Positions 19,567 to 28,963 of a stretch of 64,000 nucleotides of DNA are shown one piece after another. Where the stretch lies: contig SIBU01000002.1 in assembly GCA_009695005.1 (NCBI GenBank), positions 7,274 to 71,273 of the forward strand. Direction: 5' to 3'. The notes beneath the pieces were generated by a model. That model had not been told where the DNA came from, did not search any database, and worked only from the letters and a program-made list of their open reading frames with translations. A program made the position numbers and the translations under genes. This stretch comes from Candidatus Tayloriibacteriota bacterium (GTDB lineage Bacteria; Patescibacteriota; Minisyncoccia; Phycocordibacterales; SIBU01). Numbering within the stretch: position 1 is the first letter of the stretch; the number at the start of each line of letters is the position of its first letter.

Positions 19567-20556
19567 CTATTTATTTTTATAAAAAGACAGTGTAATCAAT
19601 AAACCTTCGTCAAAAGAAACTGCTGGTTTCCAGCCGAGCTCTACTTTTATTTTTGTACAGTCCAGTGAGTAACGAAAATCATGACCTGGGCGATCTGGTA
19701 CGTACATAATATAGGAGTTGTCGAGTTTGTGGAAAGCAAGTAATTTTTTTGTAAGTTCGAGATTGCTTAGTTCTGTGTTACCTGCAATGTTATAAACTTC
19801 ACCACTTTTCCCACTCTGAAATACCAAATCAATTGCTCTAATATTGTCCTCAACGAACAACCAGTCACGTATCTGGGCGCCCTCTCCATACAACGGAACT
19901 TTTTTGCCTCTTGAAAGATTGGTGGTAAAAAGAGGTATAAGTTTGCTTTTGTCTTGATGTGGACCGTAATTGTTGGAAGATCTGGTAATAATAATATCTA
20001 GACCAAAAGTATGGTGGTATGAATGTACAAGACGATCTGCTGCTGCTTTTGACGCACTGTAAGGATTGCGTGGCATAAGAGGGGAGTCTTCGGTAAAGAC
20101 CCCTTTTTTTGTTGCAAGTGCCCCGTATACTTCGTCGGTTGAGATAAAAAGAAATCTTTTTGTTTTGAATTCTCTCGCTAAAATAAGTAAATTGTGAGTT
20201 CCCATGACGTTTGTTTCTATAAACAGACTAGGGTTTTTTATACTTAAATCTACATGACTTTCCGCTGCGAAATGAATTATGTCAGTTGGCTGATATTTTT
20301 TAAAAATTTTACGTAAATTTGAAATGTTTCGTATGTCCGCTTTTTCAAAAATGTAATTTATTTCCTTATCAATTTTAATGTTATCGATGTTTGCCGCGTA
20401 GGTTAGGCTATCAATATTGATAAACAGTGTGTCGGGATAAGCGACTACAAATTTATTCAAATAGTGACTTCCGATGAAGCCGGCACCGCCAGTTACTACA
20501 ATTCTTTTTTTGTAGGAAGGGGGTGATTTTTTTGAATTACTTCTTTTTGTTGTCAT
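19567..20556 (-). CDS. rmlB: dTDP-glucose 4,6-dehydratase
   Basis: TGGAGFIGS, HFAAESHVD, STDEVYG, PYSASKA, DRPGHDFRY. Confidence 0.93.
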   Translation of the reverse strand: MTTKRSNSKKSPPSYKKRIVVTGGAGFIGSHYLNKFVVAYPDTLFINIDSLTYAANIDNIKIDKEINYIFEKADIRNISNLRKIFKKYQPTDIIHFAAESHVDLSIKNPSLFIETNVMGTHNLLILAREFKTKRFLFISTDEVYGALATKKGVFTEDSPLMPRNPYSASKAAADRLVHSYHHTFGLDIIITRSSNNYGPHQDKSKLIPLFTTNLSRGKKVPLYGEGAQIRDWLFVEDNIRAIDLVFQSGKSGEVYNIAGNTELSNLELTKKLLAFHKLDNSYIMYVPDRPGHDFRYSLDCTKIKVELGWKPAVSFDEGLLITLSFYKNK

Positions 20557-21301
20557 TATTTTTATTGCGAATAAAATTTGCAGTTTCAAGCAAACTGTCA
20601 AACGTGCCTATATCGAACCATTCTTTTTTTAAAAAGATACCATGAAGTTTGCCATCCTTGATATATTGCTTGTTTATGTCGGTAATTTCGTACTCACCTC
20701 TCTCTGATGCTTTGAGACTTAAACATTTCTTAAAAACTGTACTGTCATACATATAAACACCGGTCACAGCGTAATTGGTCTTTGGTTTGGTTGGTTTTTC
20801 ATCAATATCTAGAATCTTGCTGTTTTGTCCAAGTGTAGCAATGCCGAATCTTTCAGGGTCCGCTACTTCTTTTAGAAACACCGTCGCTCCACTTTTGAAT
20901 TTTTTTATGTGTGGTGTTAGGTCGTCTTCAAAAATATTGTCGCCAAGATACAGCACACAGTTATCATTACCGATGTAATCTTTGGCGATCCATAAGCCGT
21001 AAGCAATGCCATTGGGCTGGTTTTGGATACCGTAGACAATTTGTATTTGCTTGCCGGTGCGTTTTGACATGAAATCAGCCCCTGAACCGAGAAGTTTAAC
21101 CATAGATTCGATTGCTTCAGGTGAAGTGACAATCATGATTCGGTCGATTCCAGCGTCTACAAGTTTTTTGACCGCGTAATAGATTACAGGCTTATCATAT
21201 AGAGCAAGTAGATGTTTGTTGGTAGAAACGGTTAAAGGACGAAGTCTGGTTCCACCACCTCCGGCGAGTATAATCCCTTTCATTTGCTTGTTATTTGACA
21301 T
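20537..21301 (-). CDS. rmlA: Glucose-1-phosphate thymidylyltransferase
   Basis: GIILAGGGGTRLRPLT, LGDNIF, DPERFG, EKP, RGEYEITD, WFDIGT. ATG at 21301 lies 7 nt below a TTGACA-N17-TATGAT promoter. Confidence 0.9.
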   Translation of the reverse strand: MSNNKQMKGIILAGGGGTRLRPLTVSTNKHLLALYDKPVIYYAVKKLVDAGIDRIMIVTSPEAIESMVKLLGSGADFMSKRTGKQIQIVYGIQNQPNGIAYGLWIAKDYIGNDNCVLYLGDNIFEDDLTPHIKKFKSGATVFLKEVADPERFGIATLGQNSKILDIDEKPTKPKTNYAVTGVYMYDSTVFKKCLSLKASERGEYEITDINKQYIKDGKLHGIFLKKEWFDIGTFDSLLETANFIRNKNNDNKKK

Positions 21302-21308
21302 GAGGGTA

Positions 21309-21337
21309 ATCATAACGACATTTGAAAACTGTGTCAA
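21309..21337 (-). promoter_or_regulatory. Sigma-70 promoter of rmlA (probably leaderless)
   Basis: TTGACA (21332-21337), 17 nt, TATGAT (21309-21314), 7 nt, ATG. Confidence 0.65.
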
Positions 21338-21432
21338 AGAAAAGGTCCTTGATTTGGGCGGTAATTATTCTCTTGTTTTAGCGGTTTAATTAAGGGCTGA
21401 AACCCTTGGTCCATTTCACCTAAACCACTCTA

Positions 21433-21461
21433 TTTACACTCCTAAGCGGTACCGCTATAAT
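21433..21461 (+). promoter_or_regulatory. Sigma-70 promoter with an internal 12-bp palindrome
   Basis: TTTACA-N17-TATAAT, 7 nt before ATG 21469. AGCGGTACCGCT at 21445-21456. Confidence 0.6.
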
Positions 21462-21468
21462 TCGAATT

Positions 21469-22635
21469 ATGCAATTACGACAAAAAATAAAGAATATTCC
21501 AATACTCGGCGATCTGATCATGATTTTTGTTCGACTCCCGAGTTTTGTAAAGGGGTCTTTTCTTACTTGGAAATACTATTCTAAACGTCATGCTTCTGCG
21601 GATTTTTTTGGTACTTACATTATTACAGATGTTGCCCCGATTGCGACTCAATATGAGAAAATTGTTAGCCAACTTGGTGGCGACATACTAAAAAATAATC
21701 CAGAAGGTGATCATGTTGAAATAACACCGGTGAGTTTCAAAAACAGGGGACTTTTTTCAATTATGAATGAGGTGTTGGATGAAATTTCCATGAATAATGA
21801 GAAGTCATTCCAGATACTTTTACAAAATACGATGTATAACAATTCTCCGGATGAGAATATGTGGAACTATTATTTTGAACCAATAGATAATAGTGCTGAT
21901 AAACGATTCCCATATAATCTTTTCTTCAACACGAGACCATTTTTCAATAGTCTCTTTCCGCACCGACCAAAGCTTGTCTCACTGTTTAATAAAGTTTTTA
22001 AAAGTCGGATCAAAATAAAATCCGAGATACTCGAGAAAGCAGAGCTGTTTGTTCGTACCAATTTTGCAAATAAAAAAATTGTTGGCGTGTACTATCGAGG
22101 TACTAATATTATGATATCGATTGATTCGGTTTCCCAAATGTACAGAAAGGCACTCCATGAGGAATATTTTATAGAGATAGATTCATTATTGGCGAACGGA
22201 TATGACGCTGTTTTTCTTTCAACCGACGATGAGAAAATTTTTCCAAAATTTAAAGAACGCTACGGTTCAAGGTTGCTATATTACGCTGAAAATAAAAACG
22301 GTTTGAACACAATAATATTTGTGGACTATACACAAAAACCCCCAAAAATTCCGAAATGCTTTACCCCAAGAGAGTTTGGAGAGGGTGCTTTAATCAATAG
22401 CATCCTTTTAGCTAAATGTGATTTTTTCGTTTCCGGCCTTTCAAATGTTTCTGCGGTTATTAAATATTTTAATCCTAAGATTCCATTTAAAAATCTTGAT
22501 ATTAAATATACTAATAAATACATGCAAGATATTGTTAGTATCGGAATGTTTCGAGGACTGGGCAATTTCGGGGAGGGAATTCGAACTTTAAAGTTTTTGA
22601 GAGAAGAAAGTAAAAAGATAAAAAATGAAAGATAA
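21469..22635 (+). CDS. NodZ/GT23-like fucosyltransferase-fold protein
   Basis: GLFS, NMWNYYFEP, VGVYYRGTN, VFLSTDD, LLAKCDFFVSGLSNVS. Confidence 0.6.
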   Translation: MQLRQKIKNIPILGDLIMIFVRLPSFVKGSFLTWKYYSKRHASADFFGTYIITDVAPIATQYEKIVSQLGGDILKNNPEGDHVEITPVSFKNRGLFSIMNEVLDEISMNNEKSFQILLQNTMYNNSPDENMWNYYFEPIDNSADKRFPYNLFFNTRPFFNSLFPHRPKLVSLFNKVFKSRIKIKSEILEKAELFVRTNFANKKIVGVYYRGTNIMISIDSVSQMYRKALHEEYFIEIDSLLANGYDAVFLSTDDEKIFPKFKERYGSRLLYYAENKNGLNTIIFVDYTQKPPKIPKCFTPREFGEGALINSILLAKCDFFVSGLSNVSAVIKYFNPKIPFKNLDIKYTNKYMQDIVSIGMFRGLGNFGEGIRTLKFLREESKKIKNER

Positions 22636-23779
22636 GCTTTTTCTTGTTTTCCATGGACGTTTCCCGAGCGAGAAAGCCGCTGCATTATTTGTAGCGAAAA
22701 GTGCTGAGGCGTTTGCAGAGAAAACTTGCGAGGTTATTCTGCTTGTTCCTAGACGGTTCGGGAGGGCGTCAAAGCCTGCCCGTGAATTTTACGGATTAAA
22801 AAATAATTTTAAGATTGTTTTTTTGCCGACCATTGATTTTTTTCCGTTTCCAGTTTTGAGAAAGCTTGCTTTTTATATAAGTTATATTTCATTTTCAATC
22901 ATTACATTTATCTATTTAATTTTACGTGCCAAACGTCATGACACCATTTACTCCAACGAAGCCTTACCCGTTCTTTTGGCCTCATTTATCCTTCCGAAAA
23001 CTGTATACGAAATTCACGATTTTCCTAAAGAGAATTTTTTTTACCGAAAGATTTTTTCCAAGGTGAGTAAGTTTGTTGTTACTAATGTTTGGAAATCTGA
23101 AAAACTACAGAAGATATTTTCAGTATCACGGGACAGAATAATAGCTGAACAAAATGCGGTCTCTTTGCTTGATTTTAAAACCACATTAAGTACTCTTGAG
23201 GCAAGATCTACGCTTAAACTTTCTATTGATGCAACAATCATCACTTACGTCGGTAGTTTACGCACTATGGGTATGGAAAAGGGAATCGAGGTGGCATTAG
23301 AGGCGTTACTGTTACTCCCGGAAAAAGTTAAACTGCTCCTTGTTGGGGGAAGCCCAGAGGACGTCCTTTTTTATTCAAAGAAGGCAAAACAGCTTGAAAT
23401 TATTAATCGAGTTATTTTTACAGGTTTTGTGCCACACGAAAAGGTTCCACTTTATCTTTCCGCTTCTGATGTTTTGATTGCACCTTTTCCAAAAAACGAC
23501 CACTATGAGTTTTATATGTCTCCTATGAAAATATTTGAGTATATGGCCAGTGGCAGACCAATTGTAGCTTCGAATTTACAGTCTATTCGAGAAATTTTAT
23601 TAGGTGATTCAGCAGTCTTTGTTTTGCCCGGTAATGTTAAATCTTTGGCAGAAGGTGTCGTTGGTTTGTTGGATAATGGAGATGAAGCTTCCATTAAAAT
23701 AGCAAACGCCATGAAAGTTGTTCAGAATCATAGTTGGGAGGGGAGGGCGAAACGTATCCTTGATTTTATTTTGCACTAG
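22625..23779 (+). CDS. Glycosyltransferase family 4
   Basis: RFPSEKA, EKGIE, SPMKIFEYMASGRPIVAS. Confidence 0.88.
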   Translation: MKDKLFLVFHGRFPSEKAAALFVAKSAEAFAEKTCEVILLVPRRFGRASKPAREFYGLKNNFKIVFLPTIDFFPFPVLRKLAFYISYISFSIITFIYLILRAKRHDTIYSNEALPVLLASFILPKTVYEIHDFPKENFFYRKIFSKVSKFVVTNVWKSEKLQKIFSVSRDRIIAEQNAVSLLDFKTTLSTLEARSTLKLSIDATIITYVGSLRTMGMEKGIEVALEALLLLPEKVKLLLVGGSPEDVLFYSKKAKQLEIINRVIFTGFVPHEKVPLYLSASDVLIAPFPKNDHYEFYMSPMKIFEYMASGRPIVASNLQSIREILLGDSAVFVLPGNVKSLAEGVVGLLDNGDEASIKIANAMKVVQNHSWEGRAKRILDFILH

Positions 23780-24800
23780 ATAAAAAATAAAATTTAAATA
23801 TCCGTCCTATGGTTTTTAGGTCTATTTTAATCCAGCTTCGAATTATAGAATTCCAGAAAATTTTTTTTACTTTTTTACCGAGTTTCAACGAAAGTCTGCA
23901 ATAGGTGAGCCACTCTTGACTTAGAACTTTTTGCAAGGCTTTTTGGTTGTATACTTTACTGGTTTCATTGGCATTATCTATTTTCAAAAACCACTCAGAG
24001 ATTTTTAATAAATCCTCAGGACTTGAAAGTTTTCGGTACTGGCGGACGTTTTCATACAAAGCTTTTTCATCGGTAGATAGAGGTATACCAAGTTTTCCAA
24101 AAGCATCAGCACAGATACTGTCGCGTACCACTGCTTGTTTCTCAGGTGTTTTGTAACTTGCCTGGTCTTCATGAGTTCTGTAATAGAGTAGAACTTTCGG
24201 TATGTTGGCAATTTTCACCACCTTTGAAGCTCTGTACCAAAACTCGTAGTCTTCAGTGCGTTCAAGTGTTGGGTCATAACGTAGATTAAGTTCATTAAGT
24301 ATTTGTTTTCGCATCATCACCGTTGGATGGATCAGGGATGAATGAAAAAGTAGGCTTGCCCGGATTTCCTCATGGTTAAGAGGGTGGCGCATCGTTATAC
24401 CGGGATTTCTCCCGATAGTTTTGGCATAAGAACCCGCAATGGTAATTTCTTGATGTTCCTCCATAAACTTGATTTGGGTTTCAAATCTGTGAGGTAGTGA
24501 GATATCATCACTATCCATCCTGGCTATATATTCACCTTTTGAGAGGTCAATTCCATGGTTTAGGGCAGCGGGAAGATATGTCAAATTCGCATCACGTCTG
24601 ATGTGGTAGATACGAGAGTCTTTGAAATTACTGATAATTTCAAGACTTTCTGTGCTGGTGTTAGCCGAGCTTAAAATTATTAATTCAAAATTTGTATAAG
24701 TTTGTTTAAGGATGCTGTCTATTGCGTCTGTAAGAAAAGCCTCGCCGTTGTGGACTGGCATAATCACACTTATCAAGGGTAAACGTTTTGAATTAATCAT
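23766..24800 (-). CDS. Glycosyltransferase family 2
   Basis: ISVIMPVHNGE, YIARMDSDD, HPTVMMR, EDYEFW. Confidence 0.88.
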   Translation of the reverse strand: MINSKRLPLISVIMPVHNGEAFLTDAIDSILKQTYTNFELIILSSANTSTESLEIISNFKDSRIYHIRRDANLTYLPAALNHGIDLSKGEYIARMDSDDISLPHRFETQIKFMEEHQEITIAGSYAKTIGRNPGITMRHPLNHEEIRASLLFHSSLIHPTVMMRKQILNELNLRYDPTLERTEDYEFWYRASKVVKIANIPKVLLYYRTHEDQASYKTPEKQAVVRDSICADAFGKLGIPLSTDEKALYENVRQYRKLSSPEDLLKISEWFLKIDNANETSKVYNQKALQKVLSQEWLTYCRLSLKLGKKVKKIFWNSIIRSWIKIDLKTIGRIFKFYFLSSAK

Positions 24801-25777
24801 AAACTTGAGAAAATTATCTCAGAACCTTCGTGTGTGAAGGAAAAAGGGACCTCCCGTAATTTTGAAAGCGCCTTTCTTAATTTGGTTTGATTGGACCTTT
24901 CACAATAGAACAATAGAAAACCCCCTCCGCCAGCGCCCAGAAGTTTTCCGCCCGAAGCACCATTTTTTAAAGCTAGTTCGTAATAATTATTAATTTCGAC
25001 ATTTGAAACATTGTCAGCAATTGATTGTTTGAGCATCCAGCTGTCATGTAAAAGTTTACCGAAATTTTCTAAGTCATCAGATTCAAGTACGGTTTTCATG
25101 TGATGTGCCATTTCTACCATGTGCTCTAAGGTTGCAACAACTTCATTTGATTTTATGATATTTTCTTTTTGTTTTTCCAAAATATTGTTGGCGGATCTTG
25201 TAACTCCTGTATAAAAAAGCAATAGATTATTTTGAAGTTTCTCTAAGGTTTTTGGTTTTATTTTTACTTCTTCAACTGTGACTTTTCCGGAAGGCATAAA
25301 TTGGATGAAATTAATTCCACCAAAAGAGGCGGCGTATTGGTCTTGTTTTCCAATAGGTGATTTGAGATGCAAAATTTCTGTTCTGCAGGCTCGTTTGGCT
25401 AGTTCCTCTGGTGATATGGTTTTCTTTTGGTAAGCGGATACAAGATGATGTAACCCTACTGCAAATGAACTTGAAGACCCAAGACCAGTTTGGGCCGGTA
25501 TGTCTGCGATAACTTCTATTTCTACACCATTCACTTTGTACTCACTTAGGATACTACGGGCGATGTTGTTTTCGAGATCTTTAGGATGATCTACATCTTC
25601 GGTTTTTTTGTATTTTAGTAGGATTTTTTCCTTGTTGAAATTTGGATGTATGGCCAGATAAATGTATTTATTTATAGTTACACTTAAGACAGCCCCCTGG
25701 TGCTTGCTATAAAATTCCTGTTGATCTGAGCCGCCACCGGCGAAACTTACTCTAAATGGGGTACGGGTAATAATCAT
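24797..25777 (-). CDS. hddA: D-glycero-alpha-D-manno-heptose-7-phosphate kinase (GHMP kinase)
   Basis: MIITRTPFRVSFAGGGSD, GLGSSS, IGKQDQY, GGKLLGAGGGGF. Confidence 0.85.
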   Translation of the reverse strand: MIITRTPFRVSFAGGGSDQQEFYSKHQGAVLSVTINKYIYLAIHPNFNKEKILLKYKKTEDVDHPKDLENNIARSILSEYKVNGVEIEVIADIPAQTGLGSSSSFAVGLHHLVSAYQKKTISPEELAKRACRTEILHLKSPIGKQDQYAASFGGINFIQFMPSGKVTVEEVKIKPKTLEKLQNNLLLFYTGVTRSANNILEKQKENIIKSNEVVATLEHMVEMAHHMKTVLESDDLENFGKLLHDSWMLKQSIADNVSNVEINNYYELALKNGASGGKLLGAGGGGFLLFYCERSNQTKLRKALSKLREVPFSFTHEGSEIIFSSL

Positions 25778-25851
25778 GAGTGTAATTCTATAACTATATA
25801 AGTGAATGTCTAGTTACATACATAAAGAATATTAAGTTGTGACTTTAAAAT

Positions 25852-25878
25852 AAAAAAAGACTCCTGAATGAGGAGTCT
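25852..25878 (-). terminator. Intrinsic terminator of the HIT-domain gene
   Basis: agactcct-gaatg-aggagtct perfect stem, with a 7-T tail on the minus strand. Confidence 0.75.
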
Positions 25879-25885
25879 CTATGTA

Positions 25886-26695
25886 TCAACCTGGATCAAC
25901 TTGGAGTAGGTGGGCATGTGGGTGTGGCATGTTTTGACCACCAAAGGTGCCGGCGTGTATTCCAAATTGAACTGGAAGGTTGGGATATTTTCGTTCCCCG
26001 CACAAAACAAGAATCAATTCTAGAATTTCAGACAGCATCGGAAGAGGAAGGAGCTGTGTCTTTGTCTCGAGAGGGTTACTTTCCAGCCACCTTTTGTTCG
26101 GCACAATCATTTTGTGCCATGGGTGGGGGGTGCCTTGGTTATCGAAAACAATCAAATTATCTACATTAATCGGATTTAGCACTTCGCCTGAACAAAAACT
26201 GCAGGCCTGACTCGACAGATGAGTCAGATTACCCTCTCCCCAAGCACGCCTCATTTTTGTCCGTATCAGTTCCACACCGCACCTTGTGCCACCGCTCGTA
26301 ACTTGTTTTTCAAGATGAAGTTTGTGGTAGTCTGCCGTTTCTTTCACAAAGAATACTTGCCCGGCGCGAATACCACCGACGAGAGCTTTCCACCCTCCCT
26401 GTTTGTCCAGCAATAAATCACCGTCGGGTTCATCGGTGTCTGTGAGATAACGCCATGTGTCGATGTGAGGCCACGGCAAGGTGAACTTACCCATTCCGTA
26501 AGCCAGTTTGTCGAACTCGGTGAATCCCCAATGGTTTAGGATGGGTAAATAATAGGCCATCAATTTTCCGTCGGAGTTAATCGTTACCGATAGGAGAAAA
26601 GAAGGGCCGATTCCGGTGTTTGGATTCGCGAATTTTTTCTGACAAAGGTCAATCGTGTTCCATATCAGGACCACTAGATCATTAAGCATTTTCAT
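25886..26695 (-). CDS. HIT-domain protein with an unknown N-terminal domain
   Basis: C-terminal half has CSFC...HKMIVP...HAGTFGGQNMPHPHAHLL (HxHxH triad). AAGGAG SD precedes ATG 26695. Confidence 0.65.
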   Translation of the reverse strand: MKMLNDLVVLIWNTIDLCQKKFANPNTGIGPSFLLSVTINSDGKLMAYYLPILNHWGFTEFDKLAYGMGKFTLPWPHIDTWRYLTDTDEPDGDLLLDKQGGWKALVGGIRAGQVFFVKETADYHKLHLEKQVTSGGTRCGVELIRTKMRRAWGEGNLTHLSSQACSFCSGEVLNPINVDNLIVFDNQGTPHPWHKMIVPNKRWLESNPLETKTQLLPLPMLSEILELILVLCGERKYPNLPVQFGIHAGTFGGQNMPHPHAHLLQVDPG

Positions 26696-26783
26696 TATCC
26701 GGGCTCCTTTTGTTGAATTTTCAGGCTGAAGACAGTTGGTTAATTTCTGCTTCAAATAATACATATTATTTTAAAAAAGTCAA
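26696..26783 (-). promoter_or_regulatory. Promoter, leader and SD of the HIT-domain gene
   Basis: TTGACT-N16-TATTAT, leader hairpin gaagcag...ctgtcttc, AAGGAG. Confidence 0.6.
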
Positions 26784-26821
26784 TACAAGTGACCAAGGAC
26801 GCTATATGTTAGTATGTGTTT

Positions 26822-27745
26822 ATGAAAATTATTGTGGTTACCGGTGGGGCTGGATTTATCGGTTCAAATACAGTTGAACTTCTTTGCGATTTGGGTTTCC
26901 ATGTGCGCGTGATTGACGATCTTTCTTTCGGTTATCGTGATTTTGTCGATCCTCGAGCGGAATTTACACAGGCGTCAATTGGAGACCGTGAAAAAGTTCT
27001 AAAAATTTTAAATGGCGCCGACGCCGTTATTCATTTTGCCGCTTCAAGCATTATCAAATTTTCAATTGAAAATCCAGCATTTTATATTCAAAATAATATT
27101 TTGAACGGCACGGTTTTACTTGAGGCCATGAGAGAAACGGGTGTGAAAAAAATTATCTTTTCTTCGTCTGCTTCGGTGTACGGGGAACCTGATCGTGTAC
27201 CAATTCAAGAGGGTGACTCTAAGCGCCCCTTGCAACCTTACGGAGCGACCAAACTTGCCTTTGAGGCCATTTTGTCTGCCTACTATAACTCCTATGGCAT
27301 CGAAAGCGTTTCATTGCGTTATTTCAACGCTTATGGCCCGCGCGACGAACAAAAACCTGCCACTCGCGCAGTTCCGATGTGGATTAAGGAAATACTTTCT
27401 GGAGAGACGGTGAAAACTTATTGGAAGGGGTCTCAAAGAAGGGATTACGTCTTTGTCAAAGATATTGCGAAGGCACATGTTGATGTACTGGATTTGAAGG
27501 GTTGTCATGTTTTTAACATCGGTTCGGGTGAAGGTGTTTTGATGAAGGATATTCTTTCAGAAATAATCTCTCTCACTGGTAAGAGTCCAACAGTAGAAGA
27601 TCAAGGTGAGCGGATGGGCGACCCTAAAATTCTTGTTGCTGATATTTCTTCAATTAAAAAGGCAGTTGGCTGGCAACCGAAGTTTAATTTACATGACGGC
27701 TTGTTAGAAACTGTCAGTTATTATAAAAAACGTTTGAATTTATGA
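26822..27745 (+). CDS. NAD-dependent epimerase (UDP-glucose 4-epimerase-like)
   Basis: TGGAGFIGS, SSSASVYG, PYGATK, LRYFNAYGP, RDYVFV. Confidence 0.8.
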   Translation: MKIIVVTGGAGFIGSNTVELLCDLGFHVRVIDDLSFGYRDFVDPRAEFTQASIGDREKVLKILNGADAVIHFAASSIIKFSIENPAFYIQNNILNGTVLLEAMRETGVKKIIFSSSASVYGEPDRVPIQEGDSKRPLQPYGATKLAFEAILSAYYNSYGIESVSLRYFNAYGPRDEQKPATRAVPMWIKEILSGETVKTYWKGSQRRDYVFVKDIAKAHVDVLDLKGCHVFNIGSGEGVLMKDILSEIISLTGKSPTVEDQGERMGDPKILVADISSIKKAVGWQPKFNLHDGLLETVSYYKKRLNL

Positions 27746-28461
27746 AAGCCGTTATTTTGTGCGCCGGTTTAGGAACTCGTCTTTTGCCACTAACAAAAGA
27801 TATTCCAAAAGTTATGGTGGAGATTGGCGGTAAGCCACTTTTGCAACACCATATAGAATGGCTTGCAAAAGAGGGAATCCGGGAAATTGGTATCAATCTT
27901 TTTTATCTACCAGAGGTAGTGCCGAGTTATTTTGGTAACGGTTCAAAATTTGGAGTAAATATTCACTATTCTCATCAATCCACGCTTTCAGAAACCGCTA
28001 GTGGTTTTAAACGCTTTGAAAAATTTGCCGACGGCGAAAGATGCGTGGTTATTTATGGAGATAATATTTTTCAGCTTGATTTGAAAGATTTAGAATTGTT
28101 TCATGAAAAAAAGGGCGGTATCGCAACCATTACCTTGCGAGAATGGGAAAATCCTACAGCTAAAGGAATTGTTGAGATGGACAATAATTACCGAATTTTG
28201 AAATTTAAAGAAAAACCAAAAGCTGAAGAGGTAACCACTAATTTGGGCAACGCCGGCGTATATATATTTGAATCGAAACTGTTCGATTATATTCCGACAG
28301 ACAAGGACTATGATTTTGGTAAGGATATATTTCCAAAACTTCTTGAGGAGAATCAGAATCTTTATGGTTATCGTCTACATGGTTATCATCTAGATATCGG
28401 TACTCTCGAGATGCTGGAAAAGGCCCGTAAAGATTTCAATCAATATGAAGACCTCGTCTGA
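27742..28461 (+). CDS. Sugar-1-phosphate nucleotidyltransferase (HddC/mannose-1-P guanylyltransferase-like)
   Basis: AVILCAGLGTRLLPLT..PK, YGD, FKEKP, NAGVY, DFGKDIFP, DIGT. Confidence 0.8.
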   Translation: MKAVILCAGLGTRLLPLTKDIPKVMVEIGGKPLLQHHIEWLAKEGIREIGINLFYLPEVVPSYFGNGSKFGVNIHYSHQSTLSETASGFKRFEKFADGERCVVIYGDNIFQLDLKDLELFHEKKGGIATITLREWENPTAKGIVEMDNNYRILKFKEKPKAEEVTTNLGNAGVYIFESKLFDYIPTDKDYDFGKDIFPKLLEENQNLYGYRLHGYHLDIGTLEMLEKARKDFNQYEDLV

Positions 28462-28960
28462 AAAAAAGTCAAAAAAAGCTGTGTTCTTCGACCGCGATGG
28501 TGTGTTGAATAAGAAAGCATCTGAGCATGATTATGTTAAAAAACATGAAGAATTTTTTTGGATAAATGGCGTTAAGGAATTGATTAAGAAAATTAACGAC
28601 CTTGGTTTTTTGGTTGTTGTAATTAGTAATCAGCGAGGAATTGCTAGAGGATTAGTGACTTCCGGATTTGTAGATGAACTTCACGCCAGAATGAACAGGG
28701 ATCTGGAGGAAATAGATGCTCATATTGATGGTTTCTATTATTGTCCTCATGATCACGAAGATAAATGTTTGTGTCGCAAGCCTAAGTCTGGAATGTTCTT
28801 GACCGCAGCTAAAGAACTAGATATTAATCTTTCGGAAAGCTTTGCTGTTGGAGATAGTGTTACGGACACTGAGGCAGCTCTTCTTGTGGATTGTACTCCG
28901 ATATTCGTGTTGACTGACAAACTTGATACAAAACTCGTGATGGGCAGTATTTTAAAATAA
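28445..28960 (+). CDS. gmhB: D,D-heptose 1,7-bisphosphate phosphatase (HAD IIIA)
   Basis: FFDRDGVLN, SNQRGIARG, YCPH...CLCRKPKSGM, VGDS. Confidence 0.88.
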   Translation: MKTSSEKKSKKAVFFDRDGVLNKKASEHDYVKKHEEFFWINGVKELIKKINDLGFLVVVISNQRGIARGLVTSGFVDELHARMNRDLEEIDAHIDGFYYCPHDHEDKCLCRKPKSGMFLTAAKELDINLSESFAVGDSVTDTEAALLVDCTPIFVLTDKLDTKLVMGSILK

Positions 28961-28963
28961 TCC

